Origin: Gemmatimonadota bacterium | GTDB taxonomy: Bacteria > Gemmatimonadota > Gemmatimonadetes > Gemmatimonadales > GWC2-71-9 | Assembly: GCA_039588335.1 (NCBI GenBank) | Contig: JBDGZZ010000001.1 | Span: forward strand, 12,090 to 76,089 | Reading direction: 5' to 3' | DNA length: 64,000 nt | Shown: positions 28,240 through 36,773 of the stretch, piece by piece | Layout: the number at the start of each line of letters is the position of its first letter | How positions within the stretch are numbered: position 1 is the first letter of the stretch | Notes under the pieces: model-generated | Seen by the model: the letters and a program-made list of their open reading frames with translations, nothing else | What the model was told of the DNA's origin: nothing | Databases searched by the model: none | Made by a program: the position numbers and the translations under genes

Positions 28240-30503
28240 TCGAACTCGACGCCGATGGTTGGAAAGATTGGCAGTTGTGAGAATCCGGTACGCGTCGGCG
28301 GAGAAACGTCATAGTTGAACGAGTACACCCAGACGTTCGTACGATTGTACACGTTCACGATTTGCAGGAACGGACGCCAAGTACCACCCCACTTCTCAAA
28401 CTCCCACCTGAAAAGGATGTCCAGTCTGGAGTAATAGGGAAATCGCTCGCCATTCCTCGTGGTGCTGATCGCTTCGTCCTCAAACCAATCGAATGCGTGC
28501 AATTCTGCGTTGTACTCGCGATGCAGCCATTGACCCACGATTCCAGTGTAGGGCAGAGGCGACCCATAACCCCACCTCACACCCATCGAACTTCCGAACG
28601 GCCCCTTCCCCTCCACAACTATGTCAAAGGTGTGGCGACGATCGTGTGCCGGCGCGAACACCTCGCCGGTAGGAAGCTCTCGCTCAGTTTGCACATAGCC
28701 GTAAGAGATCCATCCACTGAAGAGACCGCCGTACTTTCTTATCATCACGTCCACACCGCGAGCGTAGCCCGAGGCTGGGATGAACTCGTCGCCCCTGATC
28801 TTGGGATCATCGGCGTCGTTCTGGATCGCAATATTCTCGTACGATTTCGCAAAGCCTTCGATCGAAACCGAAAGTCCGGTACCGAACCACCGCTCCAACC
28901 CCACGACTGCGTGGTCAGACCTGGCGATGGGCGTGACATCGTCTGCCCCAATCCAGAACTCGAACATCGTGATCGGTACTTCTTGGTCGCGAATCGAGTG
29001 AATCGGCTGGTAAAAGCGGCCCACCGAACCGCTCAGGGCGAAGTCCTTAGTCAGAAACGCCTTGAGCCCGAGTCTGGGCGACAACAGCGTGGTATCGGCG
29101 CCGCCGGTCACGTGGTTAACTCTCAATCCGGCTCTGAGTAGCAGTGGCTGGAATACTCGCCACTGGTCGTCCAAGTAGGCGTAGTACACGGTGGGCTTGT
29201 AATGGAGTTTGAGCGTGCTGGTTTCGAGGGCCGCGCTTTCCTGGAGGAAGTCCATTTCGTAGCCCTCGATCCCCACTCCCAGTCTGAAGTCGTTTGCCCG
29301 CCCAGGTGACAGCAACAGGTTGGTGCGGGCCGAGAGCACCCTCGCCCAGTTGTCCAATCGTTCTATATCCGGCTCCAAACCCAATCCGGTAGAGAAGTAG
29401 CTGGCACTGAAATACTGCTCCAGATGCATCGACCCGAGGGGTTGAAGCCATGCCAAGCCGAGCAGTCGATTCCCCCAGTCCAGTTTCAGGTCGATCCCCT
29501 CACGACCCGGTTCGGCATCGACCCAAGGAATATCTAGTACGTCACGACCCCAATAGCCGGTTAGAGCCAGCTTGCCTCCAGCGGGGAGTCCGGTTGTTAT
29601 CTTGGCGACCGCGTCAGCGAAGTAGTACGGTAGAATCGTTGGATCGAATACCGCCAAAACGGCATCAGCGTACGTGCGCCGCACCCCTACCAGGTAGCGG
29701 AGGCCCGTCTTGCCGACCGGACCGTCCACCAACAGCTTTGCGGACAGGGCCGAGACCATGCCGCGAACGTTGGTTCTGTTGCGGTCTCCCTCTTTGAATT
29801 GCACATCGAGTACGCTGCTCAGCCGGCCGCCATAGCTCGCCGGGTAAGCACCGGCTATGAACTCCACTTGTTGCACCGCGGAATTGTCAAACGTGCTGAA
29901 CATGCCACCCAAGTGACTCGGGTTGAACACTGGCACGCCGTCCAGTTGAATCAGGTTTTGATCCGTTTCGCCGCCCCGGACGTTGAATCCGACTGTGTAA
30001 TCACTCTTTGCCACAGTTCCCGGCAGTAGCTGGACGGCTCTGACTGGGTCGGGTTCGGCCAGAGTCGGGACATTTGCTATATCGATGGGATCCAGGGTAA
30101 TGGTGCTGGTCTGTGCCACGAGCTCAAACCGCTGCCGTGCCACAGGGGCCGGCTCGGCAGTGACCGGTTCCAATGAGACTGGAGCGAGGGTCAGATATAC
30201 AGTCAACCTGACCTGGTTAGCTCCAAGTGTGAGCGTGTCTGCAGTCAGCCCGATGCGTTGGAACGCGACGCGCAGCTCGCTTCGAGGCAGGTTTGACAGA
30301 ACGAAGCGACCCGACTGGTCACTTTCCGTCTGCACTGGCTGCCCGATGACCATGATGTGCACGCCGCTCAGCGGTGTGCTGTCATTGGCTGTGTAGACCT
30401 GGCCGACGACTGCCCGGGTCTCCTGTGATTGCAGGGGCACCGCCAGGCCCAGCCACATCAGGGACAGGATCGAAATTCGAACGTAGTCATTTTTCATCCG
30501 CAA
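28233..30503 (-). CDS. TonB-dependent receptor with carboxypeptidase-regulatory-like N-domain
   Basis: Signal peptide. N-domain VVGQVYTANDSTPLSGVHIMV, then plug and large barrel. Terminal TIGVEFEW. Confidence 0.9.
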   Translation of the reverse strand: MRMKNDYVRISILSLMWLGLAVPLQSQETRAVVGQVYTANDSTPLSGVHIMVIGQPVQTESDQSGRFVLSNLPRSELRVAFQRIGLTADTLTLGANQVRLTVYLTLAPVSLEPVTAEPAPVARQRFELVAQTSTITLDPIDIANVPTLAEPDPVRAVQLLPGTVAKSDYTVGFNVRGGETDQNLIQLDGVPVFNPSHLGGMFSTFDNSAVQQVEFIAGAYPASYGGRLSSVLDVQFKEGDRNRTNVRGMVSALSAKLLVDGPVGKTGLRYLVGVRRTYADAVLAVFDPTILPYYFADAVAKITTGLPAGGKLALTGYWGRDVLDIPWVDAEPGREGIDLKLDWGNRLLGLAWLQPLGSMHLEQYFSASYFSTGLGLEPDIERLDNWARVLSARTNLLLSPGRANDFRLGVGIEGYEMDFLQESAALETSTLKLHYKPTVYYAYLDDQWRVFQPLLLRAGLRVNHVTGGADTTLLSPRLGLKAFLTKDFALSGSVGRFYQPIHSIRDQEVPITMFEFWIGADDVTPIARSDHAVVGLERWFGTGLSVSIEGFAKSYENIAIQNDADDPKIRGDEFIPASGYARGVDVMIRKYGGLFSGWISYGYVQTERELPTGEVFAPAHDRRHTFDIVVEGKGPFGSSMGVRWGYGSPLPYTGIVGQWLHREYNAELHAFDWFEDEAISTTRNGERFPYYSRLDILFRWEFEKWGGTWRPFLQIVNVYNRTNVWVYSFNYDVSPPTRTGFSQLPIFPTIGVEFEW

Positions 30504-30564
30504 ACTCCGGTCCTCGCGCCTATATTACTGGGTTCGTGCCGAACCAAAACTGATGGAATGATTA

Positions 30565-31350
30565 ATGAACGAAACCGCATCAAACACCACCTGCCCCGGC
30601 TGCGGCAAGCAAGCCTCAGGCAAGTTCTGCACCCACTGCGGGGCGCCCTTGACGCAGTCCGCTTGCACCAAGTGCGAGGCTTCACTGTCGCCTGGGGCCC
30701 GATTCTGCCACGTCTGCGGTGCGCCGTCGGGTGCCGGTCCGAACGCCCGGCCAGGTGGAAAAGGTACGCTGCCACTCCCCGGAGTGGTTGCCATCGCAGT
30801 TCTGGTGATCGTCGTCCTGGTCATAGCCGTTCGGTTCACTACCTCGTCCGCCCCGCCTGCGGTGCCGGCCAGTCCTCCACAGACAGCCGCAACCATGGGT
30901 GCACCCGATATTAGCACCCTGACACCTCGAGAACAGGCCGACCGCCTTTTCGAAATGATCATGGCGGCGGCCGAGGCAGGAGATACGGGTCGAGTCGAGT
31001 TCCATACGACGATGGCCATCCAAGCCTATGAGATGCTGGGCGAACTGGACGGCGACGCTCGGTACCACGTGGGACTCATTCATCTCGTCCGACGTGAGAC
31101 GGACGCCGCTATGGCTCAGGCCGCTGCGCTGGATGAGGGAGCACCGGGCCACCTCCTCGCCACAGTCTTGCGACACACAGCGGCGACTGCCGCGGGTGAC
31201 GACGCAGCAGTGCAGGATACCTATGGGGACTTCCTCTCGCATTACGAAGGCGAGATTGCGGTGGCTCGCCCTGAGTACGAGATGCACCGAAACACGATTG
31301 ACTCGTTCCTAAACGCAGCGCGCGAAGCAGCCGGCGCGGCAGGGAATTGA
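30565..31350 (+). CDS. Double zinc-ribbon membrane protein
   Basis: CPGCG...CTHCG and CTKCE...CHVCG. One TM segment VVAIAVLVIVVLVIAV. Helical C-terminal domain. Confidence 0.7.
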   Translation: MNETASNTTCPGCGKQASGKFCTHCGAPLTQSACTKCEASLSPGARFCHVCGAPSGAGPNARPGGKGTLPLPGVVAIAVLVIVVLVIAVRFTTSSAPPAVPASPPQTAATMGAPDISTLTPREQADRLFEMIMAAAEAGDTGRVEFHTTMAIQAYEMLGELDGDARYHVGLIHLVRRETDAAMAQAAALDEGAPGHLLATVLRHTAATAAGDDAAVQDTYGDFLSHYEGEIAVARPEYEMHRNTIDSFLNAAREAAGAAGN

Positions 31351-32204
31351 TGCCTACGATTCACTTGGCGCATAGTCCAGACTCGGATGACGCCTTCATG
31401 TTTTACGCCCTTGCAGCCGAAAAGATTCCTACGGGCGACCGGGAGTACGTGCACGAATTGGCTGACATCGAGACCCTGAATCGCCGAGCCCTGAAAGGAG
31501 AACTCGACGTTACGGCGGTCTCTATCCATGCCTACGCATACCTCGCCGAGACCTATGCGCTTCTGCCGAACGGATCCTCCATGGGAGACCGGTATGGCCC
31601 ACGTCTCGTGGCTGCTGCTCCGGCTCCTTCTGACATCCGAAATGCACTGGAGGGTATGCGGGTCGCCATCCCGGGAGACCTGACCACTGCTGCCCTGGCC
31701 GCGCGTCTCTACCAACCGGATTTCGACCCGGTGGTGATGCCGTTTGATCGGATAGAATCCGCAGTTGTCTCGGGCGAGGTTGGCGCCGGAGTCCTTATCC
31801 ACGAAGGTCAACTCACGTACCCTGACCGAGGACTCAACCTCTGGCTCGACCTGGGTGAATGGTGGTTTTCCGAAACAGGGCTACCGCTACCGCTCGGTGG
31901 CAATGCTGCAAGAAGAGACCTTGGCGACGACTTGATACGAGCCGTATCGCGTGACTTGCGTGCAAGTATCGTATATGGCCTCGAACATCGAGATGAGGCA
32001 CTGGCTCACGCGATGCGATATGCGGGTGACCTCGACGAAGACCAGGCCGATCGGTTCGTCGGCATGTACGTCAACGACTACACAGTCAACTATGGCGATA
32101 AGGGGCGGCGAGCAGTCCGCGAACTTCTCCGTAGGGGAACCGAAGCGGGCATCATTCCCCATGAAGTCCAGGTCGCCTTCGTGGAGGATGATGTCCCGGC
32201 CTAA
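31347..32204 (+). CDS. MqnA/MqnD (VitK2_biosynth) family protein, futalosine-pathway type
   Basis: N-terminal signature HSPDSDDAFMFYAL. ATGA overlap with the upstream zinc-ribbon gene. Confidence 0.8.
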   Translation: MMPTIHLAHSPDSDDAFMFYALAAEKIPTGDREYVHELADIETLNRRALKGELDVTAVSIHAYAYLAETYALLPNGSSMGDRYGPRLVAAAPAPSDIRNALEGMRVAIPGDLTTAALAARLYQPDFDPVVMPFDRIESAVVSGEVGAGVLIHEGQLTYPDRGLNLWLDLGEWWFSETGLPLPLGGNAARRDLGDDLIRAVSRDLRASIVYGLEHRDEALAHAMRYAGDLDEDQADRFVGMYVNDYTVNYGDKGRRAVRELLRRGTEAGIIPHEVQVAFVEDDVPA

Positions 32205-32264
32205 CCTACTGAGTTTTACGACGGAGCAGGACATGAATGCGCATCGTGTCACAGGCAAGGTCCC

Positions 32265-33347
32265 ATGAACGAACAGGGGATGGTGGAACAGCCCGTGAGG
32301 GTCCTCGTCGTCGACGATGATGATGCCCTGAGAAAAGGCCTAGTTCGCTTTCTTTCCAATCAGGGATACTCCGTCAAGGCCGCGGGAACTGGACCGGAGG
32401 CTCTGGAGATACTGAGCGAAGGAGATATCTCCCTCATGCTGTTGGACATCCGGATGCCGGGCATGAGCGGCATCGATGTCGTGCCCGAGGCTCTGCACAT
32501 CGATTCCGACCTGGCGATCCTGATGCTCAGCGCGCTAACGGATGCTACCAGCGCAGCGCTCTGCATGCAGCGCGGGGCAATAGACTACCTCACGAAGCCG
32601 ATCGAGCTGAACGACTTGAGCAAGGCGATAGATCGGGCGCTGCGTAGACGGGACACACTGATCCAGAGCCGCGAGATCTCTACATGGCTCAAGGAAGAAG
32701 TACAACGCCGCACTGAGGAGATTGAACGGGAGCGCCAGAAACAACAACAGCTCACGATCGCAACCCTGGAAGCCCTAGTAAACGCGCTGGAAGCAAAGCA
32801 TCCCTGGATAAGCGGCCACTCCGCGCGCATCGCCGCTTTCTCCGCGACGGTGGCGCACCACATGCAGTTGACTGACGACGAGGTTGAAGACGTTCGTATG
32901 GCCGGTCGCCTGCACGACCTGGGCAAGATCGGCATTCGCGAGTCAGTGTTGAACAAGAACGGCGAACTGACCGATGAAGAGCGCGAGCACGTCAAGCAGC
33001 ACGTTCTCATCGGCTCGCAGATCTTGGCGCCACTAGAGCACCTCGGCCAGATTGTATCGTTCGTGAGAGGCCACCACGAGCACTGGGATGGGACTGGATA
33101 CCCTGACGGCCTCGAGGGTGTGGATATCCCAATCGGAGCACGCGTCATCTGTGCAGCTGAATTGTATGACGCCCTCACCACCTCCCGACCGTATCAAGAC
33201 AAATCCACGCCCGACCATGCAGTCGAGCAAATGCGCGGGCTGAGCGGATCTGTCTTGGACCCCAGTGTGATGGATGCCGTGACTGCTGCCGTGGAAGCTC
33301 GCCGGACTCTTGTCTTCATTGAGGAAGACGACATCACCACTGCCTAG
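32265..33347 (+). CDS. Response regulator with HD-GYP phosphodiesterase domain (RpfG-like)
   Basis: Receiver (VLVVDDDD, MLLDIRMPGMSG, TKP). HD-GYP domain (GRLHDLGKIG, HHEHWDGTGYPDGL). Confidence 0.9.
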   Translation: MNEQGMVEQPVRVLVVDDDDALRKGLVRFLSNQGYSVKAAGTGPEALEILSEGDISLMLLDIRMPGMSGIDVVPEALHIDSDLAILMLSALTDATSAALCMQRGAIDYLTKPIELNDLSKAIDRALRRRDTLIQSREISTWLKEEVQRRTEEIERERQKQQQLTIATLEALVNALEAKHPWISGHSARIAAFSATVAHHMQLTDDEVEDVRMAGRLHDLGKIGIRESVLNKNGELTDEEREHVKQHVLIGSQILAPLEHLGQIVSFVRGHHEHWDGTGYPDGLEGVDIPIGARVICAAELYDALTTSRPYQDKSTPDHAVEQMRGLSGSVLDPSVMDAVTAAVEARRTLVFIEEDDITTA

Positions 33348-34392
33348 GACGCGCCAGGCTGCCTGTGCAGTAGCCGTGCTGCTGGCCGCGTGCACTCCAC
33401 CCACTCGCTGGATAGCCGTAGCGGGCGGCGATAGCACAATCATCTTCTTCAACGCGACCCTCTCCCAATCGGATACTCTATACCTCGAGGTCGACCGAGC
33501 CGGCACCAGATCCGTTGCACTGGCGGAGTTCGGGCGTGACGGGGCGAGGCTCTACACGGTCGGCGAAGGGGGCAGTATCAGCCTCCTCCGCAAGCTGGAC
33601 GGGAGAGAACTCGAGCACATCGAGGCATCACCCAACGAGCTGGCCGGCACGTTGACCGCGTTGCCAGATGCTCGAACCCTGATTAATACGACAGCTCGGG
33701 CCGACGGAACGGGGGGAACCCTGTCGCTCCTGACCGCCGAAACCCTCGAGGCCGGGACAAGGCTCACGCCGTGCGCTGGGTATCCTGGGAAGGTGACGGT
33801 GTTGTGGGACCTTAACAGAGCGTACACGCGATGCCTGGGCGCCATAGGACAGATAGCCGACATCGATCTCAAATTGCGCAGGGTCATCAAAACCGTCCGA
33901 ATCAGCCCGGCAGACTCGACCGAGCATTTCGCGGGGGCGTGCGGCAATGGAGGCATCGACCTCTCCCGTACTGGTACTGTTTTGCTCGTTCCATGCAGCT
34001 CATCTGGCATGTTGCTGTATTTCGATCGGCTCAGGTTAGAACCGCTCGACTCGGTTGCAGCAGGATCGGGCGTGTATCACGTAGCGGTATCTCCCAATGG
34101 CTCCAGGGCAATCGTGAGCTTCCCTGACTCGGGACGGGTGGCGTTCGTTGATCTCCGGAGCCGGCAGGTCACGACCGTGATTCCTACCCCCGGTCGGCCC
34201 ACGGACATCGCCATCGCCGGTGACGGAAGGTGGGGCTACGTCCTCACTTCTGCTGACCCCGGAGACCCCGGTATTCTGGTCCTGCTGGACATGGATAGCG
34301 AACGGGCTATTTCCGAGGCGTCGGTTCCCTTCGGATCTCGGTCACTTTCACTCTGGCCGGGGCGTTGGAGCCCAAGCCTGAGGTGGGAATAG
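33310..34392 (+). CDS. Beta-propeller-repeat lipoprotein (YVTN-like)
   Basis: Lipobox LLAAC. Repeated strand motifs (VAVSPNGSRAIVSF, IAIAGDGRWGYVL). 38-nt overlap with the HD-GYP gene. Confidence 0.65.
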   Translation: MSSLRKTTSPLPRTRQAACAVAVLLAACTPPTRWIAVAGGDSTIIFFNATLSQSDTLYLEVDRAGTRSVALAEFGRDGARLYTVGEGGSISLLRKLDGRELEHIEASPNELAGTLTALPDARTLINTTARADGTGGTLSLLTAETLEAGTRLTPCAGYPGKVTVLWDLNRAYTRCLGAIGQIADIDLKLRRVIKTVRISPADSTEHFAGACGNGGIDLSRTGTVLLVPCSSSGMLLYFDRLRLEPLDSVAAGSGVYHVAVSPNGSRAIVSFPDSGRVAFVDLRSRQVTTVIPTPGRPTDIAIAGDGRWGYVLTSADPGDPGILVLLDMDSERAISEASVPFGSRSLSLWPGRWSPSLRWE

Positions 34393-34434
34393 CCACCCGC
34401 TCAGATCCGGCAGCGGTAGGTTACCGACAAAACA

Positions 34435-34461
34435 AGCCCGGGGCCAAAAGGCACCCGGGCT
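34435..34461. terminator. Hairpin between convergent genes
   Basis: AGCCCGGG-11 nt-CCCGGGCT. On the minus strand it is followed by TGTTTTGTC. Confidence 0.4.
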
Positions 34462-34579
34462 GTTGGGCCGGGCGACGCCGCCGTCAAACGCCGCGCGCGA
34501 CCATTCACCAAACAGGAGAGACAGACACCTCCCGTTGGTACTTAATAACCTCTACCCCCCCCAATTGGTTCCCTCTCTC

Positions 34580-35008
34580 TCAGGGCCACCGCTTGAGGCG
34601 CCCCAACCGAGATACCGTGAGTGATTCGGCGGCCATGCCGCGGCGCAGGACAATCTTCGTGTTGGAGCCGCCCAAGCCTATTCCAGAGGGATAGAACCGA
34701 ATCAGACCGCGCGATGCGTGGAGTGACACACCGTGGACTCTAGGACCGCGCACCCGGACGAGCACGGAATCTGTGCCGTTTTCGGCAACGGCCACCAGAG
34801 AATCCGGGCTAACCTCAACGCGCACTCGCGCTGCACGGTAGATGGCAATCATCCTCGCTTTGAAGTAGAGGCCACGAAAATCCTCCATTGCACGTTCTAC
34901 AGCTACCCTGTCGGCCCACCCTCTCACACGGGGTACCGACAGTGTCGTTAATACTCCCAAAATGAGAAGCACGACAACGAGTTCGAAGAGAGTAAACCCA
35001 CGTTGCAT
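34580..35008 (-). CDS. Prepilin-type minor pseudopilin (GspH/FimT-like)
   Basis: Leader/cleavage motif MQRGFTLFELVVVLLILGVL. 142 aa with a GspH-like C-domain. Confidence 0.8.
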   Translation of the reverse strand: MQRGFTLFELVVVLLILGVLTTLSVPRVRGWADRVAVERAMEDFRGLYFKARMIAIYRAARVRVEVSPDSLVAVAENGTDSVLVRVRGPRVHGVSLHASRGLIRFYPSGIGLGGSNTKIVLRRGMAAESLTVSRLGRLKRWP

Positions 35009-35189
35009 GAGGCAAGATGGGGGGCATTACGCCACGCCGTACAACCGTTAATACGCCCTAAGGGTCTTAGAATTGCGTACTTGGGTGGCGGCACAGGTTG
35101 TGCGAGTCTTTCAACAACGCTCTTGCCCGAGTCCGAACCGGACCGCATACTAGGCGGGCGAGCGCTTCAATTAGCAAAGGAATCCAAGG

Positions 35190-36473
35190 GTGCCCCTAAC
35201 GGACAACCGACTAAGAATAGACAACCTCAGCTTGCACGAGCCGTTTCTGGAGCGGGCTGCCGCCAAGGACACACAAGATTCTGGCAGCGGCGGATTAGGT
35301 GCGTTCCTGACGCTGCGGTTGGTCGATCAATTCGCCGGGGACAAGGAAAATATCTCGACCGACGCCGTGAAATATCAGATCACGGCCACTGGCGAGTTCC
35401 TCGAAGACCTCTACCCTCGTAATCCGGAAATCACCAGCCTCCGCGAAATTGTGCGGGTGTCTGGCGCGGCACTGGAAGTGAGCGACCGGCGTCTGCTCTT
35501 CTCCCCTTTGATGGCGTTCGCCTTCTGGCTGGAGCAGGAGCTGCGGCTGGATGAGGCCCTGGACGTCCTAGGTACGGCGCTGCACTTGAGCGACGGGCGT
35601 AGTGCAGAAGAAGAGGTGGCGGGTTTCCTTCAGAAAGCCCGGGTACTGAGGCTATCGGGCCGATTGGATGACGCTCGGGTAGCCTATCAGAGAAGTGGGA
35701 AAATCGCGGCCCAGATAGGCGACAAACACTCCGTGCTATTGAGCCAGATCGGCCGCGGCGTGGTGATGCAGAAGCTGGGTAACCTGCCGGAATCAGAGCG
35801 AATTCTGTGTGAGGTGATTGCTGCGGCACGTCGCATCGACGATCGCGATGCAGAGGGCAGGGCCTGCCAGGACCTAGCGGGAACGCTATTCTTTGGCGCC
35901 CGAATGGCGCACGCAGCGCATTATGCCTTCCGCGCCTACGAGCTGTTGGAGCAGCCGCTGCAGCGGCTGAGAGCTTTGAGCGACACCGGGGTGTGCTTGA
36001 AGGAACTGGGGCACTATTCGGAGGCGGGCAAGGCCTTCGCCGTGGTTCTTGCCGGCAGGCCGACCCAAGAAATCCGCATTCACACAGTTGTCGAGCTGGT
36101 CGATTTGAGCGCCTTGACCGGTGACCGGATCGGGTTTGAGCGTTGGCGCCGCGAGCTGGCCGAGCAATACGATCATTTACCGCCAGACGACCAGGTGGAC
36201 TTCGACATCAAGGTGGGAACCGGCCTGTCTCAATTTGGCATGCAGTCACAGGCCCGGACCCACCTGGAGCGCGCCCTGGCTCTGGCGGAAGAATGCAAGA
36301 TGGGAGAACGCATCTTCAAGCTCGAGGAATTGCTGAGAACCGGGCAGGAGCAGAGCACCCGCAGAATAGCGGACGCACAGCCCCCCACGGTACAGCCTAC
36401 CGTCGAGCCTCAGCTACAGAGCACACTGGAGAGCCTCAACGCTTTAGCTGTGCCGGAGACGGCCGGAGTCTGA
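35190..36473 (+). CDS. TPR-repeat protein
   Basis: All-alpha protein with repeated ~34-aa A/L/G/Y-rich units (e.g. ARVLRLSGRLDDARVAYQRSGKIA). GTG start. Confidence 0.7.
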   Translation: MPLTDNRLRIDNLSLHEPFLERAAAKDTQDSGSGGLGAFLTLRLVDQFAGDKENISTDAVKYQITATGEFLEDLYPRNPEITSLREIVRVSGAALEVSDRRLLFSPLMAFAFWLEQELRLDEALDVLGTALHLSDGRSAEEEVAGFLQKARVLRLSGRLDDARVAYQRSGKIAAQIGDKHSVLLSQIGRGVVMQKLGNLPESERILCEVIAAARRIDDRDAEGRACQDLAGTLFFGARMAHAAHYAFRAYELLEQPLQRLRALSDTGVCLKELGHYSEAGKAFAVVLAGRPTQEIRIHTVVELVDLSALTGDRIGFERWRRELAEQYDHLPPDDQVDFDIKVGTGLSQFGMQSQARTHLERALALAEECKMGERIFKLEELLRTGQEQSTRRIADAQPPTVQPTVEPQLQSTLESLNALAVPETAGV

Positions 36474-36491
36474 CGGTCTCTGACCAGCTAG

Positions 36492-36653
36492 CTAGGTGCC
36501 GGAGCCCTGCCAGGTGGCCTGCATGCAGGTGCCGGAGCCTTGCCACGTGGTGGAGCATTCTGCTTGCGGCTCAGTAATGTCGGAGCAAGCCGCTGCACCG
36601 AGGGCAAACGTGGCTAGGAGCGCGAAGGCAAGAAGACGAGCACGACGGGACAT
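36492..36653 (-). CDS. 53-aa lipoprotein with tandem C-x3-TWQGSGT repeat (not in ORF track)
   Basis: AGGAGG-ATTC-ATG. Product MSRRARLLAFALLATFALGAAACSDITEPQAECSTTWQGSGTCMQATWQGSGT*. Basic n-region, hydrophobic core, lipobox LGAAAC. The 33-nt repeat is visible at DNA level (36495-36550). Confidence 0.6.
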   Translation of the reverse strand: MSRRARLLAFALLATFALGAAACSDITEPQAECSTTWQGSGTCMQATWQGSGT

Positions 36654-36736
36654 GAATCCTCCTGATGGAGTAGTGACGGAAATGGAATCCAGATTCTATA
36701 GTCCAAAATCAGGTGTGTTTTCCCTACCCGTTAGTG

Positions 36737-36769
36737 CGTTTTTGGGACTTTATACGTCGTTTTTGGGAC
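36737..36769. repeat. Perfect 12-nt direct repeat CGTTTTTGGGAC x2, 21-nt period, in divergent intergenic region
   Basis: Copies at 36737-36748 and 36758-36769, read directly from the sequence. Lies between the small lipoprotein gene (minus) and the AraC-type gene (plus). Confidence 0.6.
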
Positions 36770-36773
36770 ATTT

